The notes under the pieces were generated by a model. The model ran no database searches. It saw only the letters and a list, made by a program, of their open reading frames with translations, and had not been told where the DNA came from. A program made the position numbers and the translations under genes. Below, piece after piece: positions 23,695 to 33,253 of a DNA stretch of 64,000 nucleotides (the first letter of the stretch is position 1; the number at the start of each line of letters is the position of its first letter). This DNA comes from Candidatus Dormiibacterota bacterium (GTDB taxonomy: Bacteria > Chloroflexota > Dormibacteria > Aeolococcales > Aeolococcaceae): the NCBI GenBank assembly GCA_963757475.1, contig CAVWRW010000002.1:17686-81685 (forward strand). Direction: 5' to 3'.

Positions 23695-24300
23695 GTGGCC
23701 GCCGCCGGCTCCGCAGCGGGAGTGATCCTCGCGGCCGGGGCGTCGCGGCGCATGGGGGAGGCGAAGCAGCTGCTGCGGCTGCGCGGCCGGCCACTGCTCG
23801 GGATTGTGGTTGCCGCCGCATGCGACTCAGTGCTCGACGACGTGGTGGTCGTTCTGGGAGCTCGGGCCGATGAGATCGCCGAACGCGTGGACTTCGGGCG
23901 CGCGCGCGTCGTCCTCAATCCTGCGTACGAGCAGGGGATGAGCACGTCGCTCCGCGCCGGGATCGAATCGTTGCACCCCGAGATCACCCGCGCGGTCGTG
24001 ATCCTCGGTGACCAGCCGGACGTCGACGCCGCGCTCATCAACAGACTGCTCGACTCCCAGGAGGCTTCAGGGCTTCCGGCGGCCGCGCTCAGCTTCGACG
24101 GGCTGCTGCATCCGCCGATGGTGCTGAGCCGTTCGATGTGGGCAGGGATCGATGGCCTCGAAGGCGACGTCGGACTGCGCACGCTCGTCCGCTCCGATCC
24201 CGAAACCGTGTTCGCGATGCCCGCTGAGCGTCCGGGTACTCATCCGATCGACATCGACACTCCTGAGGACTTCGAGCAACTGGCGAGGGACCCTGCCTGA
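23695..24300 (+). CDS. mocA: Molybdenum cofactor cytidylyltransferase MocA (MCD cofactor synthesis for CODH/XDH-family enzymes)
   Basis: GTG start overlapping the upstream stop; AGVILAAGASRRMGEAKQLL...VVVVLG...VLNPAYEQGMSTSLRAG matches MobA-like NTP transferase 3 / MocA. Confidence 0.7.
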   Translation: MAAAGSAAGVILAAGASRRMGEAKQLLRLRGRPLLGIVVAAACDSVLDDVVVVLGARADEIAERVDFGRARVVLNPAYEQGMSTSLRAGIESLHPEITRAVVILGDQPDVDAALINRLLDSQEASGLPAAALSFDGLLHPPMVLSRSMWAGIDGLEGDVGLRTLVRSDPETVFAMPAERPGTHPIDIDTPEDFEQLARDPA

Positions 24301-24322
24301 GTTGCCCAGCGACGGCAACCGC

Positions 24323-25378
24323 TCAGGGCTCGTCGGGATCCTCATCGAGAGCGGCTTCGTAGGGCGGGATCCGCCAGGCAGCCTCTTTTCCGAGCAATCC
24401 GCCATGGCCGAGGGAGGCCAGGTAGGCGGGGTCGAGCGGCAGCCCAGCGTGGAGACGCGCGAGCAGAAGATCGAGTGCGCTCCGCCGCGAGAACATCCCG
24501 CACGAAGCGACCCCGATCACCGGTCGCCCGACGAGCTCCGCGATCCAGTAGCTGCTTCCGGGATGCATCGGCAGGCCGCGGCGCACCGTGTTGGCTCCGG
24601 CGTCGATGAGGCTCTGCCACGTGACCTCGAGTGGATCGACCGACGCGACCCCCACCGCGAGCACAACGTCGGCGGATTCAGCCGCTGCTCGCAGGGCCGC
24701 CTGCACCTGCGTCGCATCGTCGGCGACGTATCGCACCGGCATCACGCTGCCCCCGTACCAGTCGCTCCGCAGGCCGAGCGATCGTTCGAAGCGGGCTCGC
24801 GCGTTGTCGGTCAGTTGCTGGCGGACGATCGCGGCGACTTGGAGGGGGAGGAACGGACGAACGCTGAGCACGCTGGCCCCGCTCACCGCAGCGGCTGCCG
24901 CGTCCTCGGCGGCGACGACTGATGCCTCGGCGATCGCCAGCGGCGTTACCTTGACGCCCGCCAGGGTCCGGCCCGCATCGACCGGCAGCCCATCAGGCAC
25001 CGTGAAAACCGTCACACCATCGACGAGGTTCACCGCAGCGAGCGTGGCGACATCCACCTGCACGAGCCCGCGCCAGGCGGACACCAGCCGCGCCTGAGAC
25101 TCGACAGGGGGGCGCGTCCTCGTGCCCGGACCCGCAACCGCGGCGGCGATCCGGATCGCGGCGGCATCCTCGCCGAGATCGCCGTCGTCAAGCCACAGGA
25201 GATGCAGTTCGAGCGGCCGTGCCGCGGCGAGGATGGCGGCATCGTTCGCGTCGAGCACGGCACCTTTGGTCAACACCGTCCGTCCGCCCGCACCGACGAC
25301 GTCCCGGCAGAGCACCGCTCCCGACCAGCGAGCCGGGGTCCCGTCGATCGCTGAGCCGGGAAGGACCTCCAGCCTCAC
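24323..25378 (-). CDS. Molybdopterin-binding (MoCF-biosynthesis / MoeA-CinA-like) domain protein of the CODH accessory cluster
   Basis: The C-terminal half ADVVLAVGVASVDPLEVTWQSLIDAGANTVRRGLPMHPGSSYWIAELVGRPVIGVASCG follows the MoeA/MogA MoCF_biosynth pattern (DVVixxGGxS...G...F.....PG.P.....L...PV.GLPG). The N-terminal domain is unrecognised. It overlaps xdhC by 4 nt. Confidence 0.5.
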   Translation of the reverse strand: MRLEVLPGSAIDGTPARWSGAVLCRDVVGAGGRTVLTKGAVLDANDAAILAAARPLELHLLWLDDGDLGEDAAAIRIAAAVAGPGTRTRPPVESQARLVSAWRGLVQVDVATLAAVNLVDGVTVFTVPDGLPVDAGRTLAGVKVTPLAIAEASVVAAEDAAAAAVSGASVLSVRPFLPLQVAAIVRQQLTDNARARFERSLGLRSDWYGGSVMPVRYVADDATQVQAALRAAAESADVVLAVGVASVDPLEVTWQSLIDAGANTVRRGLPMHPGSSYWIAELVGRPVIGVASCGMFSRRSALDLLLARLHAGLPLDPAYLASLGHGGLLGKEAAWRIPPYEAALDEDPDEP

Positions 25379-26454
25379 CCGGCCATCTTGGGGGGCATTG
25401 TCGACATCGATCCCGCGTCTTTGCCACGGCGCACCGCCACGATTTCGGCGAGGATCGCGATGGCGATCTCCTCGGGTGTCTGGGCGCCGAGGTTGAGGCC
25501 CACCGGGCTGTGAATCCTCGCGATGTCCGCATCCGTGAACCCCGCTTCGTGGAGCCGGACCACACGTTTTGCGTGGGTCCCGCGGCTGCCGATAGCACCG
25601 ATGTAGCCGGTCTCTGTCCGGAGCAGGGCCGAGAGCGCGGGGTCCTCGAACTTCGGATCGTGCGCCAGGCAGACGGCAGCATCGCGCGGGCCGAGGTCAA
25701 AGCGTGGCAGCGCCTCATCAGGCCAGGCGGTGACGAGGCGCTCCGCGTTGGAGATGCGCTCGGTGTTGTTGAACGCCGAACGCGGGTCGACGACAGACAC
25801 GATGAACCCTGCGGCAACGGCCATCGTCGTCAAGGGGATGGCGATGTGCACGGCGCCGATGACCACGAGCTGGGGAGCGGGGACGATCGGGTCGACGAAC
25901 ACGCGCAGTCCAGCGATCTCCTCGACGCCGGGCAGACCCGATGCGAGTCGTGGTCGCGCTGCCGCGACCGTTTCCTGATCCGTGAACGCGCCACCGAGGC
26001 TGCCGACGAGGCCCCCGCCCGCCGTTGCCGCAGCGCGGCCGCCGGCGTGCTCACCGTCGAGCACCGTCAGCAGTGCGACGGGTCGAGATGTCTCGATCGC
26101 AGTGCGGACGGCCTCGATCACGGGATCCGACCCGTCGCTCTCGAGCGTCTCGACGAAGATGTCGACCTCACCGCCGCAGGACAATCCCACCGCCCAGCCC
26201 ATCTCGTCGCTGATCCCGTAGTGCAGCAGCCGCGGCGGTGCGCTGCCGTCGATCGTCGCCTGCGCCTCGAGCACCACCGCAGACTCGAGGCAGCCGCCAC
26301 TGACCGACCCGGCCATCCGTCCGTCACGGCTGACGAGCAACCGGGCGCCCATCGGACGCGGTGTCGAGCCCGAGGTGCCGACGACGGTGGCGACCGCCAC
26401 CAGGGGGTCGCCCTCGCTCCATTCGGTCAGTGTCGGGAGCAGGTCTCGCATCAT
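25375..26454 (-). CDS. xdhC: XdhC/CoxF-family molybdoenzyme maturation chaperone (intact, two-domain)
   Basis: MMRDLLPTLTEWSEGDPLVAVATVVGTSGSTPRPMGARLLVSRDGRMAGSVSGGCLESAV (XdhC_CoxI N-domain) ... PQLVVIGAVHIAIPLTTMAVAAGFIVSVVDPRSAF (Rossmann-like C-domain). ATG ends at 26454. The long overlapping + strand ORF (25219..) is a GC shadow. Confidence 0.8.
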   Translation of the reverse strand: MMRDLLPTLTEWSEGDPLVAVATVVGTSGSTPRPMGARLLVSRDGRMAGSVSGGCLESAVVLEAQATIDGSAPPRLLHYGISDEMGWAVGLSCGGEVDIFVETLESDGSDPVIEAVRTAIETSRPVALLTVLDGEHAGGRAAATAGGGLVGSLGGAFTDQETVAAARPRLASGLPGVEEIAGLRVFVDPIVPAPQLVVIGAVHIAIPLTTMAVAAGFIVSVVDPRSAFNNTERISNAERLVTAWPDEALPRFDLGPRDAAVCLAHDPKFEDPALSALLRTETGYIGAIGSRGTHAKRVVRLHEAGFTDADIARIHSPVGLNLGAQTPEEIAIAILAEIVAVRRGKDAGSMSTMPPKMAG

Positions 26455-26523
26455 CTGAGTATCCGCTTCCTCGCAGTTCCTGGACAAGCCACTCGCTTTG
26501 TCGGGCGGCGCACAATGCCTGGA

Positions 26524-27222
26524 ATGCAAATCACGAACTCCTTCGCCGTCAACGCGGCGCCCGACGTCGTCTACGAGTTCCTGCTCGACGTCAACAACGT
26601 CGTCAGCTGTGTTCCGGGCGCAGAGCTGTCCGAGGTGGTGGATCCAAACACGTTCAAGGGCAAGGTCCGCATCAAGGTGGGGCCGGTGACCGTCAGCTAC
26701 AACGGGACGGCCCGCATCACCTCGCGTGACGCCACGACACGCACTGCGACACTCGAGGCCGAGGGAAAGGAGACCACCGGATCGGGGTCGGCGCAGGCGA
26801 CGACGGTCATGTCCGTAGCGGCCGCCGGTGACGCCTCGACCGTGACGCTCGCAACCGACTTCACGGTTGTCGGACGGGTCGCTCAGTTCGGTCGCGGCAT
26901 CATGGAGGACGTCTCGCGCCACCTCGTCGGACAGGCTGCGGAGTGCATCCAGTCGAAGCTCGAGACGCAGGCCCCGGCCGCTGCCGTTCCGGCCGACAAC
27001 GGCGCAACGAACAGCGCCACGGCCCCTGCACCGGCGGCGACGCCGTCGCAGCCGGCAGCGCTCGATGCTGTGGCGCTCGGTCGGGCCGTCGCGAAGGAGC
27101 GGCTCAGCCGGCTCAAGGTCAATCCGCAGACGATCGCGATCGGGCTCGGCGGGCTGGTCAGCCTCCTGCTGCTCCGGCGCTTGCGGCGAGCCCGGCGCCG
27201 CCGCCGCGCGGAGAACGCGTAA
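26524..27222 (+). CDS. coxG: Carbon monoxide dehydrogenase subunit G (CoxG; SRPBCC fold) with a C-terminal membrane/basic tail
   Basis: MQITNSFAVNAAPDVVYEFLLDVNNVVSCVPGAELSEVVDPNTFKGKVRIKVGPVTVSYNGTARITS matches the CoxG family. C-terminal hydrophobic segment IAIGLGGLVSLLLL followed by an RRLRRARRRRR tail. Confidence 0.75.
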   Translation: MQITNSFAVNAAPDVVYEFLLDVNNVVSCVPGAELSEVVDPNTFKGKVRIKVGPVTVSYNGTARITSRDATTRTATLEAEGKETTGSGSAQATTVMSVAAAGDASTVTLATDFTVVGRVAQFGRGIMEDVSRHLVGQAAECIQSKLETQAPAAAVPADNGATNSATAPAPAATPSQPAALDAVALGRAVAKERLSRLKVNPQTIAIGLGGLVSLLLLRRLRRARRRRRAENA

Positions 27223-28369
27223 CCCTCCGGGGAAGGTCGGCGAGAAGCCGTCCCAGCGTGTCGAGTGCATCGACGCTGTGGGCGCTCAGAAAATCGTCGC
27301 AGTGTGGGAGTGCGGCGGCCATGCCGCGCGTCTCCGGTTGGTATGTGCTGCTGCCGAGCAGGGGGTTGAGCCAGATCAGGCGATGACAGCTTCGGCGGAG
27401 CCTGGCCATCTCGCGCCCGAGCTCATCCGGGTCCCCGCGGTCCCACCCGTCACTGATGACGAGGACGATTGCGCCGTGTCCCAGGACGCGTCTGGCGTGC
27501 ACCCGTTGAAACGTGTGCAGCGCATCGGCGATGCGGGTGCCGCCGCCGATGTCGTGCACCTGCTCGGCGACGTGATCGAGTGCTGAGTCGATGTCTCCGT
27601 GGCGAAGCAGGTGGGTGATTCTCGTCAGATGTGTCGAAAACGCGAACGTCTCCACTCGCTCGCGACGGCCGATGGCGTGCGCGAACACGAGCAGATGTCG
27701 TGAGTACCGGTCCATCGAGCCGCTGACGTCGCACAGGATGACGATCGGGCGGCGCTTCGTGCGCGCACTCGCACGGGCGAGTTGCGGCGCGTCGCCGCCC
27801 TGGCGTGCAGCGGAGCGCATCGTCCGGCGCAACTCGACCGACCCACGACGATCGGCGCGCAGCCGGCGCGTTCTCCGCTCGGCAACGCGCCATGGCGCCT
27901 GACGGAGCAACCGCCGGACGGCTGCCAGCTCCTCCCAGCTCATGTCACGGAAATCCCGCTGACGGAGCAACTCCTGGGCGCTGTATCCGGCGCTGGACGC
28001 CGGCGGCCCCTCGACCTCGCGCGCGACACCGGGAGCCGACATGCCAAGTGCATCCATCCAGGCTTTCGCCTGTTTCGGATCGAGGGCCAGGGGACGGCTG
28101 CGTCCGGGAATCGAACCGGACTTGCCTTCTCCGCCGGGTCGCGAGAAGAAGAGGTCGAAGGCCGCGTCGAACACCGGCCCCTCCTCACGACGCGTCACGA
28201 ACACCGCCCGGAGTGCGAAACGGACCTCGTCCGGCTGGGAGAGATCGATCGCCAGCAGCGCCTGGCAGGCATCCTGGACCCGCTCAGGTCCGGTGGTCAG
28301 CCCCGCGTCGCGGAGGAGTCGCGCAAAGAGCGTGACGCTTTCGACAGGGTCCGGGGCGTCGCCGATCAC
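27158..28369 (-). CDS. coxE: VWA-domain protein (CoxE-like CODH maturation factor)
   Basis: PIVILCDVSGSMDRYSRHLLVFAHA...ETFAFSTHLTRIT...IGGGTRIADAL...GAIVLVISDGWDRGD is a von Willebrand A / MIDAS motif (DxSxS...T...D). It overlaps the MoxR ATPase gene by 4 nt. Confidence 0.75.
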   Translation of the reverse strand: MIGDAPDPVESVTLFARLLRDAGLTTGPERVQDACQALLAIDLSQPDEVRFALRAVFVTRREEGPVFDAAFDLFFSRPGGEGKSGSIPGRSRPLALDPKQAKAWMDALGMSAPGVAREVEGPPASSAGYSAQELLRQRDFRDMSWEELAAVRRLLRQAPWRVAERRTRRLRADRRGSVELRRTMRSAARQGGDAPQLARASARTKRRPIVILCDVSGSMDRYSRHLLVFAHAIGRRERVETFAFSTHLTRITHLLRHGDIDSALDHVAEQVHDIGGGTRIADALHTFQRVHARRVLGHGAIVLVISDGWDRGDPDELGREMARLRRSCHRLIWLNPLLGSSTYQPETRGMAAALPHCDDFLSAHSVDALDTLGRLLADLPRRVTRSPRGGGAGLAASAGAAGG

Positions 28370-29259
28370 CGCGCTCCGGAGGACGCGATCGCCTCCTCGC
28401 TCCGCTCGAGATCCTCCTGGTGCTTGATCGCCGCACCCATCGTCTCGCGCAGCGCCGCGGGTGTCGCCTCGGTATGCCCGAGCGCCGCAAGCGCTCTCGC
28501 CCAGTCCACTGTTTCTGCCACTCCTGGCACTTTGTAGAGGTCGAGTCCGCGCAGCTTCTGGGTCACCTCGACGACCTGACGGCCGAGGCGCTCGGACACC
28601 TCGGGTGCACGTACGCGGACGATCGCCACCTCGCGCTCGATGTCCGGATAGTCGATCCAGTGATACAGGCAGCGGCGTTTGAGGGCGTCGTGGACCTCGC
28701 GTGTTCGGTTTCCCGTGAGGATCACGAGTGGTGGACGCCGCGCGCGGATCGTACCGAGCTCGGGAATGCTGATCGCGAAGTCCGCGAGGATCTCGAGCAG
28801 GAAGGCCTCGAACTCCTCGTCGGAGCGATCGATCTCGTCGATGAGCAGGACCGGCGGCACCGTGTCGTCGTTGTCGATGGCGTCCAGCAGTGGACGTCGC
28901 AGCAGGAAGTCCGGACCGAAGACGTCGTGCTCGGCGCGCGCCCGGTCGGCACCCTCACCGAGCAGACGGATGTGCAGCAGCTGGCGCGCGTAGTTCCACT
29001 CATACGCCGCATGAGCGAGGTCGATGCCCTCGTAGCACTGCAGCCGGATGAGGCGCGCCCCGAGACCTGCGGCGAGCGCACGAGCAGCCTCGGTCTTGCC
29101 GACACCCGCCTCTCCCTCGAGGAACAGCGGTTTGTTGATCCGCATGGCCACGAGGATCGCAGTGCCGAGTTGCCGGTCGCAGAGATAGTCGTGCGCGCCG
29201 AGGAGATCGACAACAGCGTCGACCGATGCCGGTTGCGCGGCATCGGCGGGGGTGTTCAC
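28366..29259 (-). CDS. coxD: MoxR-family AAA+ ATPase (CoxD-like)
   Basis: Walker A LFLEGEAGVGKTEAARALA, Walker B VLLIDEIDRSDEEFEAFLLEIL, sensor region LVILTGNRTREVHDALKRRCLYHWIDYP. The start is placed at GTG 29259 (or TTG 29295) because the longer ORF would overlap modC by about 270 nt. Confidence 0.75.
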   Translation of the reverse strand: MNTPADAAQPASVDAVVDLLGAHDYLCDRQLGTAILVAMRINKPLFLEGEAGVGKTEAARALAAGLGARLIRLQCYEGIDLAHAAYEWNYARQLLHIRLLGEGADRARAEHDVFGPDFLLRRPLLDAIDNDDTVPPVLLIDEIDRSDEEFEAFLLEILADFAISIPELGTIRARRPPLVILTGNRTREVHDALKRRCLYHWIDYPDIEREVAIVRVRAPEVSERLGRQVVEVTQKLRGLDLYKVPGVAETVDWARALAALGHTEATPAALRETMGAAIKHQEDLERSEEAIASSGAR

Positions 29260-29302
29260 CGTCTCAGCCTGACGTGTCGGCAGATGAGTGGTCAAGCCCC
29301 GG

Positions 29303-30355
29303 TCAGACAGCGTAGACGTCGATCTCCGTCGCCTTGACCACCGCGAACACCTCACCGCCGTCGGCGAGTTGGAGCTCCGAAGCGGCCGCGGGCGTGACCT
29401 CAGCCACCAGCGGGACCGTGCCGTCAAGCCGGATGCGCCATCGATCTCCCTCGGGATCGACGCCCGCAACGCTGAGCCGCAGGACGTTGCGAGGGCTGCC
29501 GTCGGGCGCCTGGCGATAGAGGGCCACAGCGCGCGGATGGATGGTCGCGAGCGCGGGACCTCGAACGTCACTGGCGACGGTCAGCGTCGCGCCGCCGTCG
29601 ATCACCAACGCACCTGCCGAGACAGCGCCGCGCAGCAGGTTGAGTCCCGCCATCGTTGCGATCCACGTCGAACGCGGCCGTGATGTGACGTCGATGAATG
29701 TCCCTTCCTGGGTCACGCGTCCCCCCTCGAGCACGATGATCCGTTCCGCCAGCGATGCCGCCTCGAGTGGATCGTGCGTGATGAGCAGGCGTACACCCGC
29801 AAAACCGGCGAGATGCTCGCGGAGCGCGCGGCGCAACTCGAGACGGCCGGACGCGTCCACGGCGGCGAGCGGTTCGTCGAGGAGGAGCACGTGTGGATCC
29901 GTGACGAGCACTCGCGCAAGCGCGGCGCGTTGTGACTGTCCGCCGCTCAAAGCCGACGGGCGGCTCGACGCGTACGACGCGAGGTCAACGCGCTGGAGCC
30001 ATTCGTATGCACGGGCGTTTGCAACGCGTCGGTCGAGACCGCGTGCGCGAAGCCCGAACGCGACGTTGTCGAGGACGCTGAGATGCGGGAAAAGTCCGTG
30101 ATCCTGGAACACGAAACCGACGCGTCGTGCCTCTGGAGTGAGGCGCGCACCCGACGCTGCGTCGTCGAACACGACGCCATCAACCTCGATGTGCCCTGCT
30201 TCGACAGGGACGAGCCCGGCGATCGCGCGCAACAGCGTTGTCTTGCCGGCACCGTTCGGTCCCAGCACTGCGACGGTGACACCGGCGTCGACCTCGACGT
30301 CGCAGTCGAGATGCAGGGTCCCCAGGTGCGTGCTCACCTTCGCTCGAAGCGTCAT
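29303..30355 (-). CDS. modC: Molybdate ABC transporter ATP-binding protein ModC with a C-terminal TOBE/Mop domain
   Basis: MTLRAKV...VAVLGPNGAGKTTLLRAIAGL (Walker A), LSGGQSQRAALARVL (ABC signature), LLLDEPLAAVD (Walker B). C-terminal TOBE-like domain (...GLNLLRG...VLRLSVAGV...IRLDGTVPLVAEVT). Confidence 0.8.
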   Translation of the reverse strand: MTLRAKVSTHLGTLHLDCDVEVDAGVTVAVLGPNGAGKTTLLRAIAGLVPVEAGHIEVDGVVFDDAASGARLTPEARRVGFVFQDHGLFPHLSVLDNVAFGLRARGLDRRVANARAYEWLQRVDLASYASSRPSALSGGQSQRAALARVLVTDPHVLLLDEPLAAVDASGRLELRRALREHLAGFAGVRLLITHDPLEAASLAERIIVLEGGRVTQEGTFIDVTSRPRSTWIATMAGLNLLRGAVSAGALVIDGGATLTVASDVRGPALATIHPRAVALYRQAPDGSPRNVLRLSVAGVDPEGDRWRIRLDGTVPLVAEVTPAAASELQLADGGEVFAVVKATEIDVYAV

Positions 30356-31150
30356 CGCAGCGCACCGAGCCAGCGGTCGCGCAGGACGACGAGCACGAGG
30401 ATCGAGATGGTCAGCAGCACGAGCGACAGCGTGATCGCGGTCCCGACATTGCCGGATCCCTCGAAGGAACTGTATGCGGCGATGGGCAATGTCTCGGTCG
30501 TTCCCGGGTAACTCCCGGCGAACGTGATCGTGGCGCCGAACTCGCCGAGCGCCCGCGCCCAGCACAGCGCAGCTCCCGCCGCGATGGATGGTGCCGCCAG
30601 CGGCATCGTCACGCGCCAGAAGCGCCGCCAGGGGCGCGCGCCGAGCGTCGCCGCCACCTCCTCGAAATGCTCGTCGCGCTGACGCAGGCCGGCCTCCAGC
30701 GTGATCACCAGGAAGGGAAACCCGACGAATGCTTCGGCGATGGCGGCGCCCGCGGTGCTGAACGGCAAAACGATCCCGAAGTGCTGCAGAACGGTGCCGA
30801 TCGGTGTCGTCGTCCCCAACGCGGTTTGCAACGCGATCCCGCCGACGACCGGTGGCAGGACGAGCGGCAGCGTGACGAGCCCGCGGATCACACGCCGGCC
30901 CGGAAGCGACGAGCGCGCAAGGAGATACGCGAGTGGCACGCCGATCGACGAGCGAGATCGCCACGGCGATGATCGAGCACTCCAACGAGAGGCGGAGCGC
31001 GGTCAGGACATCGGTCGAGACGAGCTGCGCGGGCAGCGTGCTCCAGTCCACATGGGCGAGCAGCCCGATCAGCGGGACGGCGATGAAGAGGACGGCCACC
31101 GCCGCCGGAATGACGAGTCCGATGAGCGGGCGTCGCGTGACGCCCCCGAT
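30352..31150 (-). CDS. modB: Molybdate ABC transporter permease ModB; one frameshift near nt 30940-30960
   Basis: N-terminal TM region (PLIGLVIPAAVAVLFIAVPLIGLL...TALRLSLECSIIAVAISLV) sits in the modA frame. The rest (PLAYLLARSSLPGRRVIRGLVTLPLVLPPVVGG...ARALGEFGATITFAGSYPGTTETLP) sits in ORF 30352..30939; it aligns to E. coli ModB across the junction. Confidence 0.7.
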
Positions 31151-31951
31151 CACGACGTCGGCGGCGGGCAGGAAGCCTGCGGTGCGCAATTCGGTCTGAA
31201 TGTCGCCGGAGACAGCCGACGTCACGAATGCCTCTGCCGCCTTCAGGTTCGTGCTCGCTGACACCGCGGCGATGTCGTACGTCCCGATCTTGTTCTGGGC
31301 ATCGGGAATCGCGACGCCCGTGATCTTGCTTCCGGCCGCGGCGATGTCGGTGACGAAGACGAGGGCAGCGTTCGCGTCACCGGACTCGAGTTGCTCGAGC
31401 ACCGACGCATCGCTGAGCTGCAGGGAGACCGGCGTGAACTTGAGGTTGTCGCTGGTCTCGATATCGGTGACGTACTCACCGACCGGGACGCTGGGATCGC
31501 CGATCACGAGCTTGACACCAGGGTTGTTCAGATCGGCAAGCGTCTTGATACCGAGGGGATTCCCTGGTGCGACTGCGATTTCGAGCTTGTTCCGACAAAA
31601 GGCGACTGGGGTCTGGACGAGGTTCTTCGCTGTCAGCTGCGCCATTGTGGCGGTGTTCGCCGTGGCGATCACGTCCGCGGGAGCGCCGTTGAGAATTTGA
31701 GTGACGAGGGCCTGCGAGCCGGCAAAGGAATAGGTGGCTTTGAACCCGGGATGGTCCAACTCGAGCCCCGACTCGGCGGCTTTGAACGCCGAGGTCAGCG
31801 AGGACGCTGCGAGCACGGTAAGGGATCCGCTCAGCGGGTCAGGCGTCGAGCCTGCCCCGGCAGATCCGGGACTCGAGCTGCCGCATGCGGCGAGCACGAG
31901 TGCAGCGGTGGCGCCGACCATCATCATCCGAGGACCCGTCCGCATCATCAC
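31150..31951 (-). CDS. modA: Molybdate ABC transporter periplasmic binding lipoprotein ModA
   Basis: Signal/lipobox MMMRTGPRMMMVGATAALVLAAC; ModA-like body (LTVLAASSLTSAFKAAESG...YSFAGSQALVTQILNGAPADV...NPLGI...VKLVIGDPSVPVGEYV...). No in-frame stop before modB, so the 3' boundary is approximate. Confidence 0.7.
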
Positions 31952-32370
31952 TTGCTCCTCGCGGCGACGTCCGAGGGCGGGGGCGGCAACTCGATCACGA
32001 CATTCGTTGCTTTGACTGACGCGACCGCGAGCATTCCCGGCTCGAGGTGCAACTCATCGACGGCCTCGCGACTGATCAGGGAGCTGATCCGGAAGGGACC
32101 TGCCTGGAGCTTCACGTGCGCCATGACGCCGTCCTTCTCGACATCGGTGACGAGCCCGATGAAGTGATTGCGCGCAGATTCGGTCACTGGAAGCGTCGGG
32201 TGGCTGCTCGCCATCTCGACGGCGAATCGAGCGAGAGCGACGCCATCGATCAGTCGATGACCTCCAGCCGTTCGAACGGTCTTGATGCGACCGCCATCCG
32301 CCCAGCGCCGGACCGTGTCGACACTCACGCCGAGGAGCTCGGCCGCCTGCCCCATCTTGTACGTCGACAT
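31948..32370 (-). CDS. Molybdate-responsive regulator candidate: MerR/excisionase-type HTH plus a single TOBE (Mop) domain (ModE-like)
   Basis: N-terminus MGQAAELLGVSVDTVRRWADGGRIKTVRTAGGHR (HTH_17-like); C-terminus SARNHFIGLVTDVEKDGVMAHVKLQAGPFRISSLISREAVDELHLEPGMLAVASVKATNVVIE (TOBE). The stop abuts the modA start (31948/31951). Confidence 0.7.
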   Translation of the reverse strand: MSTYKMGQAAELLGVSVDTVRRWADGGRIKTVRTAGGHRLIDGVALARFAVEMASSHPTLPVTESARNHFIGLVTDVEKDGVMAHVKLQAGPFRISSLISREAVDELHLEPGMLAVASVKATNVVIELPPPPSDVAARSK

Positions 32371-32487
32371 GGGCGCGAACCATACCGCACGAGCGGCATT
32401 CTTCTCAACTGCGCCTAGCGATTGCGCTGTTTGTGATCGCCGCTCGGCACGCCATCACCCGACAGCAGGCGAGCGTATGCTCGCGAC

Positions 32488-33195
32488 GTGATCGCGCATC
32501 GCCAGACGAGGGTTGTGGCGGCGGGGAGCGTCCTCCTCGCGTTCCTCGGGCTATGGATTGGGCACACGATCGAATATCTCCGTGTCTGGGGTGGCGACGG
32601 GCTCGTCAGCTCAATGACCAACCCCGTCCATGCCTACATGCTTCCCCTCGCCGGCGTGCTGGTGGTGCTCAGCGCTCTCTTTGCGCTCCGCCTCTGGCGC
32701 GCGTGGCAGGCCCTGAATAGCCGGGTCGAGCAGGCAGCCTTGCGGCTTCGCCGGGTGTGGCGAGGCGGAATCGAGCCGATCGCAAGTACGGCCGAGCACC
32801 AGTCATCGCCGGGAACGCGCCTGGTGGCCATCTGGTTGCCGCTCGCCGCGGCGCAGATCTTCCTCTACATCGTCCAGGAGAACGTCGAAGCGATTGCCGG
32901 CGCAAAGCCGGCACCCGGATTCGGTGTCATCACGGGGATTCACTGGGCGGCGCCGCTTGTCCATCTCTACGTGGCGCTCCTCGTGGCATGCGGAACTCGC
33001 ATTTGCCAGATTTTGCTGCATCGCCGGGCGGTCGCCGTCGAACGCCTCGAGGCATACGTTCGCGCCGCGATCCGACGCCGCCGCGCAGTGCCGGACCCCA
33101 TTGCGCTGCCGCGCGAAGTCGACGCCGTCTCACTGTTCGACCGCCTCGGCCGCGATCTCTGGCGGAGGCCGCCACCGCTGCTCCTCGACATCTGA
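32488..33195 (+). CDS. Hypothetical polytopic membrane protein
   Basis: 235-aa ORF with about 4-5 hydrophobic helices; no family recognised. It sits between the mod operon and the copper module. Confidence 0.4.
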   Translation: MIAHRQTRVVAAGSVLLAFLGLWIGHTIEYLRVWGGDGLVSSMTNPVHAYMLPLAGVLVVLSALFALRLWRAWQALNSRVEQAALRLRRVWRGGIEPIASTAEHQSSPGTRLVAIWLPLAAAQIFLYIVQENVEAIAGAKPAPGFGVITGIHWAAPLVHLYVALLVACGTRICQILLHRRAVAVERLEAYVRAAIRRRRAVPDPIALPREVDAVSLFDRLGRDLWRRPPPLLLDI

Positions 33196-33253
33196 CCGGC
33201 CGTGCGTGAGCCGCTGCTCACTGTCGATCGTTCACATTCTGAGGAGATACCAG

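Noticed and set aside
25219-26520. Long + strand ORF (667 aa in the ORF track) upstream of coxG
   Set aside because: Only the last about 233 codons (from ATG 26524) are CoxG-like. The upstream part is antisense to a clearly homologous XdhC gene on the minus strand and is low-complexity and Arg/Pro-rich, typical of high-GC shadow ORFs.
28366-29571. Full-length 401-aa MoxR ORF as given in the ORF track
   Set aside because: Its first about 90 codons would overlap the 3' end of modC by about 270 nt and show no MoxR similarity; a shorter start at GTG 29259 is more plausible.
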